Assembly: GCA_002469305.1 (NCBI GenBank)
Contig: DKEY01000016.1
Span: 72,501-136,500 of the forward strand
Source of the DNA: Sulfurospirillum sp. UBA6810
GTDB lineage: Bacteria > Campylobacterota > Campylobacteria > Campylobacterales > Sulfurospirillaceae
Reading direction: 5' to 3'
Length of the DNA stretch: 64,000 nucleotides
Position 1 is the first letter of the stretch; each line of letters starts with the position of its first letter. Below are positions 53,125 through 61,908 of this stretch, piece by piece. The notes below the pieces were generated by a model. The model did not search any database, was not told the origin of the DNA, and saw only the letters and a program-made list of their open reading frames with translations. A program made the translations under genes and the position numbers.

Positions 53125-54303
53125 TTAATCAATTTCAACGATTACTTTGTCTTTTTTGATAAAAGATTTTGCGCTAACAGGATAGTATAAAAAAGGGGTT
53201 TTTGTATCGTTAAAAAACGAAAAACCTACCTTGCCTGATTGGAGCACGCCTCTCGCTTCTAAATATTGAAAGGCTTTTAATTTAAGTTCTAAGTTATCAA
53301 TTTTAGTTTTATACTTAGAGTCTATTTCCATAGTTTTATCTGTTATTGTAGTGGCAAAAGTATTGCTAAACTCTTTTGTGGCATAAGAATAAGCAAAAGC
53401 TCCGCCCAGAAAAAAAGATGTAATTGTGAGTGGAACCATCAATAAGAAGTTTACTTTAAATTGCATCTTCTCTAAAGAAGTATTTAAAGTGCTAATGTTT
53501 TTTAACAATTTTCCAACAAGTCCAACTTTAGAGTCATTGCCAACCATTTCTTCTATTGCTACATTTAACTTAATACTCGTGTCTTCAATGGATGAAACAA
53601 CAGAGGATAGACTATCAACAGATGATTTTTTTATAAGATGTGTCAACTCTTTTTCTAAAGCTTCTACAATAGGTTTTGTGTTAATGCTCTCAGCAACATA
53701 CTCAAAATGTTTTGTGATTTTTTCTGTTGCAAGCTTTAGTGAAGTTGCATATGAAGATTGTGCATTTAAAAGATCTTCTTTGATTGCTTCAAAATCTTTA
53801 TTGATAGCTCTTTTAAATTGTGAAAGATCTTTTACAACTTCTTTATTTTGGTCGAAATAATTTTGTGTTTGAGAGATGGTATCAAAAATACTTTTTCTTG
53901 CAATATTGTATCTTTCAACAATCTCTTTCATTTCGATATTTTTATTATCTGTAACCTCGGTAACTTGTTGTATGTGGTTTAAAGTCACATTTACCAAAGT
54001 AACCAATTCTGTAGTTGCTTCATATATGCTGGTAAAGGTAGTTACCATTTGTTGTGCTGCATTATTACTAGGAGGTGTTGGAACGGATGGTTGTTCTACT
54101 TTTTTTGCGGGATTGCCTTGAGTAATGGCTTCTTTTTCTTGGACTTCTTTTGAAACTCCAGGAAGCTCTACATGTTCAAAATCGTTTTGTTCACCAAGAT
54201 ACTCTTCATTTCCATCTTCATCACCATATTCTCCCCAATCACTATTGCTTGGCAAAGCTTCTGGATTATCAAAATCTGGCATATCATCATCTAAAGTGGA
54301 CAC
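53125..54303 (-). CDS. hypothetical protein with highly acidic N-terminus and C-terminal TM segment (392 aa)
   Basis: MSTLDDDMPDFDNPE... N-terminus. TM LLMVPLTITSFFLGGAFAYSY. Confidence 0.55.
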   Translation of the reverse strand: MSTLDDDMPDFDNPEALPSNSDWGEYGDEDGNEEYLGEQNDFEHVELPGVSKEVQEKEAITQGNPAKKVEQPSVPTPPSNNAAQQMVTTFTSIYEATTELVTLVNVTLNHIQQVTEVTDNKNIEMKEIVERYNIARKSIFDTISQTQNYFDQNKEVVKDLSQFKRAINKDFEAIKEDLLNAQSSYATSLKLATEKITKHFEYVAESINTKPIVEALEKELTHLIKKSSVDSLSSVVSSIEDTSIKLNVAIEEMVGNDSKVGLVGKLLKNISTLNTSLEKMQFKVNFLLMVPLTITSFFLGGAFAYSYATKEFSNTFATTITDKTMEIDSKYKTKIDNLELKLKAFQYLEARGVLQSGKVGFSFFNDTKTPFLYYPVSAKSFIKKDKVIVEID

Positions 54304-54312
54304 TTTAAACCT

Positions 54313-54603
54313 TTAAATTTTATTTATTTGACTATAAACCAATGGAAGTTTGTCCAGAAGAGAAAGCTTTTTCTGCTCTTCAACTTTCTTATCCAATAAG
54401 GTTTCTTTTGTTAACATAAGTACTTCTAATAACTCCGTAGCAAGTAAAGTGCTGACCATACCTTTTTCTTTTGATATTATTTTTTTTGTGAGGATATCTA
54501 TATTCCCCTCTAAGGTATCTAGCCCATCTTTAACAATTTCTTTCACACTAATCCTTTTTGTTATCATTTTTTTCAATGGTTTTAGTATCGTCTTATAGTG
54601 CAA
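54313..54603 (-). CDS. small hypothetical protein (96 aa), weak call
   Basis: ORF only. TTG start with no clear RBS. Confidence 0.35.
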   Translation of the reverse strand: MHYKTILKPLKKMITKRISVKEIVKDGLDTLEGNIDILTKKIISKEKGMVSTLLATELLEVLMLTKETLLDKKVEEQKKLSLLDKLPLVYSQINKI

Positions 54604-54659
54604 TTTTTTTTAACTTTTTTTTGAATTAAAAAAAATAGTTTTATCTTTCGATTACAACC

Positions 54660-54680
54660 ATCACGTATAAGTGATAATTT
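54660..54680. promoter_or_regulatory. operator-like motif ATCACGTATAAGTGATAATTT
   Basis: Contains the dyad ATCAC-N6-GTGAT. 57 nt upstream of ORF 54313..54603. Confidence 0.35.
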
Positions 54681-54725
54681 TTGGTCGAAATTATACCATC
54701 TTTTACAAACTAATCAATTTATTTT

Positions 54726-55112
54726 TTATTTGCCATGCTCTCTTTCAAATTCTGCTTTAGCTTCTTCCTCAAGCTCTAATCGTTTTTTTATTTCTAGTTT
54801 TTCGATGTCTCTAGCAATATTCCTCCAAAGAGGAAGCCCTAATTTTTTACGATTTTTCTGAATAGGAAGTTCAAAAAAGAAAAAGAGAACTAATGCCATT
54901 GGTGCAAAAGGTAGGCTTATCATATAAAAAATGGCAAAAATTGTTCCTTCAAAAGGAACATAAAGATTTTCTTGATCCATAATAATTACAAAGAGTAATA
55001 ATGCTGTTACTGGAACATAGCAAATTAAATAAAAAAGTAATCTCACCCAAATTCCAGAAGCACTCACTCCTCTGCCTATTTTTATAGATTGCTCAAAATC
55101 TTCTGGTTTCAT
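54726..55112 (-). CDS. small membrane protein (128 aa)
   Basis: Three hydrophobic segments and a charged C-terminus. Confidence 0.5.
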   Translation of the reverse strand: MKPEDFEQSIKIGRGVSASGIWVRLLFYLICYVPVTALLLFVIIMDQENLYVPFEGTIFAIFYMISLPFAPMALVLFFFFELPIQKNRKKLGLPLWRNIARDIEKLEIKKRLELEEEAKAEFEREHGK

Positions 55113-55189
55113 CGTTCTTTCCTTTTAATTATATAAAACTAATTTTATTTTAGTATCACTTAAAATTTACTTAATTAAATATAAATTTA

Positions 55190-57727
55190 TTAAATTTTTG
55201 TTCCCCAATTTCCACCTTCATTTTTTATTGCATCTAACGAATTATCAAGAGCTTGGCTACCCTTTAGTTCAAAGAGTTCAAAAATTGAATTTGGTAAAGT
55301 TATAATAAATTTATATATTATAATAACAGCAAAAATGGCAATTCCTACTTCCATAACCCCATCATATAAATATATTTTAATTTTAGCAAGCCATTCACCG
55401 TTTCCAAGCGTTGACAATGCTCCTAATGACATGTTGGTTGCATTTTCCATGGCTGAACCTATTCTGGTTTGTTGCTCGCTATATTGAATTGCATTATTCT
55501 CAAGCATTCCTAAAATTATTTTTTTATTAAATATATCTCCTAATGACGCTATTATCTGATTTGCTGTGATTGCAAGCCAAATGGAAAGCGTAAATATTGG
55601 GAGTTCCAGCATTGTAGCAAAAATTTTTAGTGAAAATTCTATAATAGTGCGAATATTTTCTCTTGCAAACATTACTGGCATTAAAAATACCGATGCAAAG
55701 TGGAATGTAAAAATTTTTAAATATATAATTACAAATCTGACTAGTCCTATTAAAACGATTCCTATAATTGGACCTAGTGTTAAAAGGGTTTTACCAACTA
55801 GAAAAGCGACATATAGCCCAAGAGCACCACCTGCAATAGTTCCTGTTACGCCACCAACAACGCCTCCTACAGTTCCTGTAAACCAAGAAAAAGCACCCCC
55901 TCCACTAGCAGTTCCTCCTGCCCCACCTGCTAGTGCCCCTAATTTACCACTATTTTCGGTGACAACTTGAAATGTTGTGCCTCCTCCTGGAATCCAAAGA
56001 TATGGTAAGGAGCTAATTATCATATGGGCTCCCCAAGAGTCCTTTTTAATATCTTTTTGGATTTCGTCTATTACTCTGGACTTTTTATCAATTAATGCTC
56101 CAATGTGTTCAGTTTGCATAATGGTGACAGGAAGCCCTAAAATAGAAAGTGGTCCTAGTTCTCTAAATAATTCATATTGAAATTTTATTAACTCTCTTAT
56201 AACTTTAATTTTATTATTAGCTGTTTGCTCATTCATGTTAATACTCATTTGGAGTTTCTCATTATAATCATTGGCTTTTTGTTGGTATATAGTTATTTTT
56301 TGATATGATTTTCCACAAGCACTAATCATATACTCTGGATAAAATTCGCCATTTATAAGCTTTGTACCATAAGGATATGATTTTACAGCACCATTATTAC
56401 TTGTTGGAAAATAATATATCGGACCATTGTTTACAACGAGGCTTCTCGCATATAGAAAATTTTCACTTGTTGGAAATTTTGTATTTTTACTTTCAGTATA
56501 TACTTTTATATTTTCAGCATCATATATTTTTTCACACTGAGCATAGAACATTTCAGAAAACTTTTGCATTTTTTCATATTTTTTCTGCCCAGTATATGAA
56601 GAAATAATTGTATCTTTTGTGCTAACTCCTGATCTCGAAATCAAATTATCAAGCTCACTATCTATAATAGCCTCAGTTGAGTCATGAGCCCAATTCATAA
56701 ACAAGTAATAACCATCCTTTTCAAATTTTTGATATCTAGTGTGCATTACATCATACTGCTGCTGAATACTATTGGCATCTTTTACAGTTACATCTGCTGT
56801 TGGGAAAAACATCAATACGCCAACTACCATACCTGCTAAATGAGGTATTTTCCTATCTGGCGAGTTAATACCTTCGATTTTATCAACAAGAGGTCTTGCA
56901 ATAGCCCCGCCAATTCCCCAAATACCAAAGAAAACGACAAGTAACAGAAGATAACTCATACTTAAATCACTAAGCTTAGTGTATACATCTATTATTGTTT
57001 CTGCATGAGCTTCTATGTACTCTGCATTATTTGAAACTTCCCCTGTTTGAGTATCTGTTATTTGTGAATTATAACCCTCTTTGAGTTGAAGTTTGTTTGT
57101 TGTTTTTGTGGCTTCCACATCTATGATATCTGTGTCAGTTAATATAGCAGAGAGAAGAACATCTGGAATATTTAAATATTGGTTCCCAGAGTAGTTTGTT
57201 ACTGATTGTTTTATATCTAATTTGTCTTTATATAAAACATTAAATCTATCAATACTTTGCTTGATTTGAGTACTCATTTTCTCTTTTGCTTCTACTTCAT
57301 CTCTCTCGAAAGCTTTTTTCATATTTGGAAAAGAAACAGTAAAGTAGCCAAAAGGATTATATAAATCATTCACTTCACTAACAGCACACCTTATAGTTGC
57401 AGAGTTTAAATCATAATCCCATACTGAAACTGTATAATTTTCCCCAACCGTAGGACATTTGATATATTTGTCTATATATCCCCCTGCACCATATAAAAAA
57501 GCATTTACTACGGCATCGTTTACGGATTCATTGACCAACAACGAAGTATCTGTTAATATCCCTTTATCCACCAAAGTTTTCAAGGTTAGCTCATTTAAGT
57601 AATCGTTTCTATACTTTAAAGTATCTCCTGCGTTAAAATCTTTTAACACCTGCTCTTGAGAATACCTTCCTTGATAAGAAAAGGCAACACTTGCTAAGAG
57701 GATGAGAGAAAGCAGAATTTTATTCAT
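55190..57727 (-). CDS. large polytopic membrane protein with signal peptide and Gly-rich segment (845 aa)
   Basis: Signal MNKILLSLILLASVAFS, a ~250-aa soluble N-domain, then many TM segments and GGAGGTASGGGAFSWFTGTVGGVVGGVTG. No family recognised by eye. Confidence 0.6.
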   Translation of the reverse strand: MNKILLSLILLASVAFSYQGRYSQEQVLKDFNAGDTLKYRNDYLNELTLKTLVDKGILTDTSLLVNESVNDAVVNAFLYGAGGYIDKYIKCPTVGENYTVSVWDYDLNSATIRCAVSEVNDLYNPFGYFTVSFPNMKKAFERDEVEAKEKMSTQIKQSIDRFNVLYKDKLDIKQSVTNYSGNQYLNIPDVLLSAILTDTDIIDVEATKTTNKLQLKEGYNSQITDTQTGEVSNNAEYIEAHAETIIDVYTKLSDLSMSYLLLLVVFFGIWGIGGAIARPLVDKIEGINSPDRKIPHLAGMVVGVLMFFPTADVTVKDANSIQQQYDVMHTRYQKFEKDGYYLFMNWAHDSTEAIIDSELDNLISRSGVSTKDTIISSYTGQKKYEKMQKFSEMFYAQCEKIYDAENIKVYTESKNTKFPTSENFLYARSLVVNNGPIYYFPTSNNGAVKSYPYGTKLINGEFYPEYMISACGKSYQKITIYQQKANDYNEKLQMSINMNEQTANNKIKVIRELIKFQYELFRELGPLSILGLPVTIMQTEHIGALIDKKSRVIDEIQKDIKKDSWGAHMIISSLPYLWIPGGGTTFQVVTENSGKLGALAGGAGGTASGGGAFSWFTGTVGGVVGGVTGTIAGGALGLYVAFLVGKTLLTLGPIIGIVLIGLVRFVIIYLKIFTFHFASVFLMPVMFARENIRTIIEFSLKIFATMLELPIFTLSIWLAITANQIIASLGDIFNKKIILGMLENNAIQYSEQQTRIGSAMENATNMSLGALSTLGNGEWLAKIKIYLYDGVMEVGIAIFAVIIIYKFIITLPNSIFELFELKGSQALDNSLDAIKNEGGNWGTKI

Positions 57728-58130
57728 CGTTCAGCCCTTTTAAAAAATACCCATAAACATAACTTGATAGTGTGATATCTGTGGGTTTGTTGTTTAAGAT
57801 TCCTTTATAATCACTGTTTGAGAATGAGACAAGAATTCTATTTCTTCTAAAACTTTTATTTTGAAACGTAATGTTTTCTCCAGAGAGAAAAGAGAGCTCC
57901 AGCCCTTTTTTATATGTTTTATATATAAAAGTTGCTAGCTTTGTTTCTTTTGACTTATACTCATTTACCAAACTTAATTCCTCGTCAGTTAATGTAACAA
58001 GTTTTCTGATTGGCTTAATCGTTTTTTTTGACTTTTTTCTTGTATTAAAGAGAAATTTTTGCATTTTAAATATTTTTTTCATGTTTTGGTTAAACCCTAT
58101 AATTTCTCTGTAGACAATGTCCGAACTCAT
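57720..58130 (-). CDS. hypothetical basic protein (136 aa)
   Basis: 8-nt overlap with the downstream membrane-protein gene. Promoter-like motif 58167..58196. Confidence 0.5.
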   Translation of the reverse strand: MSSDIVYREIIGFNQNMKKIFKMQKFLFNTRKKSKKTIKPIRKLVTLTDEELSLVNEYKSKETKLATFIYKTYKKGLELSFLSGENITFQNKSFRRNRILVSFSNSDYKGILNNKPTDITLSSYVYGYFLKGLNDE

Positions 58131-58166
58131 AAAAACACCTTGGTAAATTTTAGTAGTTTTTCGATA

Positions 58167-58196
58167 GTAATAAATATATAATTAATATAAACTTAA
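58167..58196 (-). promoter_or_regulatory. conserved promoter/operator-like motif P11
   Basis: TTAAGTTTATATTAATTATATATTTATTAC. 36 nt upstream of ATG 58130. Confidence 0.5.
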
Positions 58197-58334
58197 TATA
58201 TTTGCACTAATTGTAATTTAGGCTTTATAAAATTTTCCATATCAATAAAAAAGTTATTGTTTTGTATATTTTGTTGTATTTTTGAGATTGAGTAAGGATA
58301 AATTTATTGCTTTAAAAGAAGAATTGTTTGCTTT

Positions 58335-58349
58335 GTTTCCGCAGGAAAC
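58335..58349 (-). repeat. 15-nt hairpin motif GTTTCC-TGC-GGAAAC, copy H1 (inverted relative to H2-H4)
   Basis: GTTTCCGCAGGAAAC on the + strand, extendable to a 9-bp stem (58332..58352). 15 nt downstream of the relaxase stop. Confidence 0.6.
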
Positions 58350-58363
58350 AAAACTCATGTGTC

Positions 58364-60730
58364 TTAGATTTCAATAGAAACTTGGGTATTTTCTTTTGCC
58401 CTACTCTCTTTTGCTAATCTATCAACTATATCGTGAATATCTTTACTATAAACACTTACTTTCTTATCTCTAAATTGAAAGGTTCCATACTCTCCTAGCT
58501 TAGTGTCTTTTCCTGCACGCACAATATTAATACCTAATGTGTTGCAGCACGCTTCCAAGATTGTTTTATCCATTTTAGACAACTCTTCCATTAGTTTTCT
58601 AAATTCATTCTGACCTTGTCTTGTATTTATATCCAGAGATTTTATTTCATTTAGAATTTCAACAATTGACTTAGAAGAAGTTTGAATACCATTTTGAAGT
58701 CTAGTTCTGATTTCTTTTGCTATGTTTTCTACTTGTTTTGATACATCTTCATTAGGTGTTTGAGCAGGGGCATAAAGAAGGTTTCCCTTTTCATCTATTA
58801 CTCTAATGCCATATTTTTTTTCTTTAATCCTTTCTACCAATCCTTGTTTAAATTCATCTGATTTTGTATCAACTGAAATATAATCGGAACCCTTTAAAAA
58901 AAACATATCGGCACAATTTTTTCCACTTCTTTTATCATTGATACTTTTAACTACTGATACAGTTTTACCATAATCTCTTATTTCATCAAATTTAGAGCGT
59001 TCTTGATTTTTATATATAAACCCTGTTTTATTGTTCCCAGAGAGAGAAAAATTTTTAAGGGGCGAGTTTAGGAGTTGATAATCATATACGGTATTTATGC
59101 TATTGCCTTTTTGTAGGATATCCGAACAAACCCCCTCTATATAAAATCTCGTAAATTTTTTATTTAGTTCTTCGGAAACTGTATCTTTTCTTTTTTGTAT
59201 ATACTCTTCGTGAGAGGAGTTGCTATTTACCAAGGAATAAATTACATCGTTATAAAGGCTAAATTTTCCTGTTTCATTTGAGAGTGTAATATAAGAACCT
59301 TTTCTTTTATCTACCCCTCCCCTTTCAATCTTCAAACCTAGTAAATCTAATAGCTTTTCAAATTCTTCTTTATTTTTAATTTTTTGTATATAAAAGAGCT
59401 TTTCTAGTAGTTCTCTTGCTAGAGCTCTGTTTCTGTTTGTACTTAAATCCGTAAGTGATTTTGTTAAAGACTCTTGCATCTCTTTCAAATCATCATTTTC
59501 AGAAAAATCGAGCTCTTGAATACCAGTAAAATACCTATACAAGTTTTCATTATAAATTTCAATACTATGTCCTTGAACTGAAAAAGAGACATAGCCCTCT
59601 TCTATTACATAACTATCGAATTTAAACTTTTGCAAAAATTCTTCAATATCATATTTACTTCGACACACTTGAAGATATCTCTCTATATTTGAAGATAAAA
59701 TATCAAAGCTTCGCTGATCTGCAAATGTAAAATTAAAGTTAAGGATTTTTGCTAATTCATTTGACACCAAATCAAAGTAATTATTTTTTACAAACTCTTT
59801 GCCTACAAATCTCTCAGTAATATCCTCCAAATGCTTTTGAGTTGTTTCATTAAAAATCTTTTCATACGCCTCTTTACTTTTTCTACTTTGTGAGTACTTT
59901 ATGTTTGTAATTGATGTTTTTTCTAAAGCTTCTTTTATCTTGTCAAGATTATCATTAAACCATTTCTTGTCAAATAATTTTGATATATATCTATAGTTCC
60001 CCCCTGTAGTGTTTTCCTTTTCTTTTAACACCAAGTGCTTTTCTTTTAAAAATTTAGCTTTATCAAAGAGAGCTTTATCTATCTTGTCATAGGTTTGAAT
60101 TTCTATGTTTCCTGCGGAAACAGAAAGTTTTTCAATAAACTCATCATAATTTTTACTGATTTTTATTGTATTTTCAATCTCTTCATAGAAGAAATCATCA
60201 AATACCTCATAATATGTTTCACCTTTTTTATGGACCCAATCTCTTTTTTTTTGCTCATTTGTCAAAGAGAGGAGGTTGATATTGTTAAAAGGACTTGCTA
60301 AAGAGTATTCATAGTTTATTTTCTCTTGTATTGCTTCAACTCTTGGAAAATCTGGATAGCCTCGATAGAGTCTCAAATTTTTATTGTTGAGCATAGAGTA
60401 GTTGATTACATAACAATGAATGTGAGGTTTTTTATCATCCCAATGGATTACGCTTAAAATTTCTAACTCTAGTGGATTATAATTTGCGAACATGAGCTCT
60501 TTAAATCTTTGATAATATTCATAGAGTTCGTTTTTGGTTAAATTTTCTTCTTTAAATGAAAGAACATAAGAATAATGACTAACTTTTCTGTTCATACTAT
60601 GAGATAAAACTTCTGAAGAAATTTTATCAATTCTGAGAGGATCACCTTCAATAATAGTATAGGCCTTATCTTCTCTATCTGTAGAGTATTGTGCAAATCC
60701 TTTTTTTCCAGGTTTTATGCTTATTATCAT
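58364..60730 (-). CDS. conjugative relaxase / mobilisation protein (788 aa)
   Basis: N-terminal relaxase histidine triad HWDDKKPHIHCYV (H-x-D-x4-PH-x-H), as in MOBQ/MOBP-type relaxases. Flanked by four copies of a hairpin motif. Confidence 0.7.
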   Translation of the reverse strand: MIISIKPGKKGFAQYSTDREDKAYTIIEGDPLRIDKISSEVLSHSMNRKVSHYSYVLSFKEENLTKNELYEYYQRFKELMFANYNPLELEILSVIHWDDKKPHIHCYVINYSMLNNKNLRLYRGYPDFPRVEAIQEKINYEYSLASPFNNINLLSLTNEQKKRDWVHKKGETYYEVFDDFFYEEIENTIKISKNYDEFIEKLSVSAGNIEIQTYDKIDKALFDKAKFLKEKHLVLKEKENTTGGNYRYISKLFDKKWFNDNLDKIKEALEKTSITNIKYSQSRKSKEAYEKIFNETTQKHLEDITERFVGKEFVKNNYFDLVSNELAKILNFNFTFADQRSFDILSSNIERYLQVCRSKYDIEEFLQKFKFDSYVIEEGYVSFSVQGHSIEIYNENLYRYFTGIQELDFSENDDLKEMQESLTKSLTDLSTNRNRALARELLEKLFYIQKIKNKEEFEKLLDLLGLKIERGGVDKRKGSYITLSNETGKFSLYNDVIYSLVNSNSSHEEYIQKRKDTVSEELNKKFTRFYIEGVCSDILQKGNSINTVYDYQLLNSPLKNFSLSGNNKTGFIYKNQERSKFDEIRDYGKTVSVVKSINDKRSGKNCADMFFLKGSDYISVDTKSDEFKQGLVERIKEKKYGIRVIDEKGNLLYAPAQTPNEDVSKQVENIAKEIRTRLQNGIQTSSKSIVEILNEIKSLDINTRQGQNEFRKLMEELSKMDKTILEACCNTLGINIVRAGKDTKLGEYGTFQFRDKKVSVYSKDIHDIVDRLAKESRAKENTQVSIEI
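60107..60121 (+). repeat. 15-nt hairpin motif copy H2 (inside relaxase CDS)
   Basis: Exact GTTTCCTGCGGAAAC. Encodes VSAGN on the minus strand. Confidence 0.6.
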
Positions 60731-60752
60731 TTTCTATCTTTTTATCTATTTT

Positions 60753-60767
60753 GTTTCCTGCGGAAAC
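60753..60767 (+). repeat. 15-nt hairpin motif copy H3 (relaxase upstream region; candidate oriT element)
   Basis: Exact GTTTCCTGCGGAAAC, with an 8-bp stem if extended (60751..60769). 23 nt upstream of the relaxase ATG. Confidence 0.6.
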
Positions 60768-60779
60768 AAGAAACAAACA

Positions 60780-61472
60780 TTACACTTTTTTAAGTTTGTT
60801 TCCTGCGGAAACTTTTCTAATTGAATTTTCCAAAAAAATAACTATTACAAAAAATACGATTGTAAAATATTTCATAACTTTTTCCATTTCGCTTAAAAGA
60901 AAATTTATATCTGATGTGCTTATGTTTGTAGACTCTGTTGGCAAAACATAGCCTTGCGGAGTTATTTCACTAAAGAGATAAAAAATATGAAAATAGTAAA
61001 CAACTTGCATTGATATAAAATAAAGAGCACAATAAAATAATATTCGAACAAAGAAGTGATAGTTCCTTAATCTCCACCACTCTTTTTTATATTTTGCAGT
61101 AACAAGGCAAACTTCATTCTTGTTTTCAATAACTTTTTCTACATTAACATGTTTAAATAGAGTTAAATAAAGTAAAGGAAGTGAGCCGATAGCTAAAACT
61201 AAATAGCAAATTATAGTCTTTAACAAAATAACCAAATCTCTAACTATTGACTCCTCAAAAGAGAAGAGGGTATTAAAAATCAGATTTGCAAAAAATAGAG
61301 AAAATACTAAGAGGGAAAAATATCCACAGTAAAGTGCCCCTTTTAAAACAGGGCTTCTTTTTTCTAATAATTTAAAAAAACTTACTTTTTTACTCTGTTT
61401 GGAATCAATATTGCTATAGAAGAATATAGCAAGTTTTTGAAGTACGTTAAGGTCATAGTAGTTTATTTTCAT
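60780..61472 (-). CDS. polytopic membrane protein (230 aa)
   Basis: Multiple hydrophobic segments. Promoter-like motif 61495..61525. Confidence 0.5.
   Translation of the reverse strand: MKINYYDLNVLQKLAIFFYSNIDSKQSKKVSFFKLLEKRSPVLKGALYCGYFSLLVFSLFFANLIFNTLFSFEESIVRDLVILLKTIICYLVLAIGSLPLLYLTLFKHVNVEKVIENKNEVCLVTAKYKKEWWRLRNYHFFVRILFYCALYFISMQVVYYFHIFYLFSEITPQGYVLPTESTNISTSDINFLLSEMEKVMKYFTIVFFVIVIFLENSIRKVSAGNKLKKV
60798..60812 (+). repeat. 15-nt hairpin motif copy H4
   Basis: Exact GTTTCCTGCGGAAAC, 45 nt from H3, in the last codons of 60780..61472 (again VSAGN). Confidence 0.6.
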
Positions 61473-61494
61473 TTTTATCCTTTGAAATTCAGAG

Positions 61495-61525
61495 AATAAT
61501 AAATATATAATTAATTATAGCTTAA
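61495..61525 (-). promoter_or_regulatory. conserved promoter/operator-like motif P12
   Basis: TTAAGCTATAATTAATTATATATTTATTATT. 22 nt upstream of ATG 61472. Confidence 0.55.
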
Positions 61526-61610
61526 GTTTCAATAAGTTAAACTTCTGGCTGAAGTTTTAAATTTAAATAGTTTCAAAATGACTAAAGTTAGGTGTTTTGC
61601 AAAGGGTAAA

Positions 61611-61904
61611 TTTCCCAAAACGAGGACTTTGTTTCCTATCGTGAGGACTTTACTTGTTAAAATATTTATTTTTTCCCAAATTGAGGACTTTATGGTTGTT
61701 TATTATTTAAAATTTAAAATCTTGTTAAATAGCCACTTATAGGTGGAAATATTAGCTTTTTTTCCCATCGTGAGGATAAAATTTCTTATATTGAGGACTA
61801 TTTTCCCTCAGTATCCAAGTAATTTTTCCCATATTGAGGTATAATAAAGTCAATTTTTTCCCAAATTGAGGATGACTGAAATATGTTTTCCTATCGTGAG
61901 GACT
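61611..61904 (+). repeat. iteron cluster 1 (8 direct 18-bp iterons upstream of rep)
   Basis: Copies start at 61611, 61632, 61672, 61761, 61782, 61825, 61857 and 61887. Consensus TTTCCYAWMKTGAGGAYT, e.g. TTTCCTATCGTGAGGACT. Confidence 0.85.
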
Positions 61905-61908
61905 TGAT

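Noticed and set aside
55166-55196. Possible thirteenth, inverted copy of the promoter-like motif (ACTTAATTAAATATAAATTTATTAAA on the + strand)
   Set aside because: Only the ATAAATTTATTA part matches. The orientation would drive antisense transcription into the 845-aa gene. A match of this length is plausible by chance in such AT-rich DNA.
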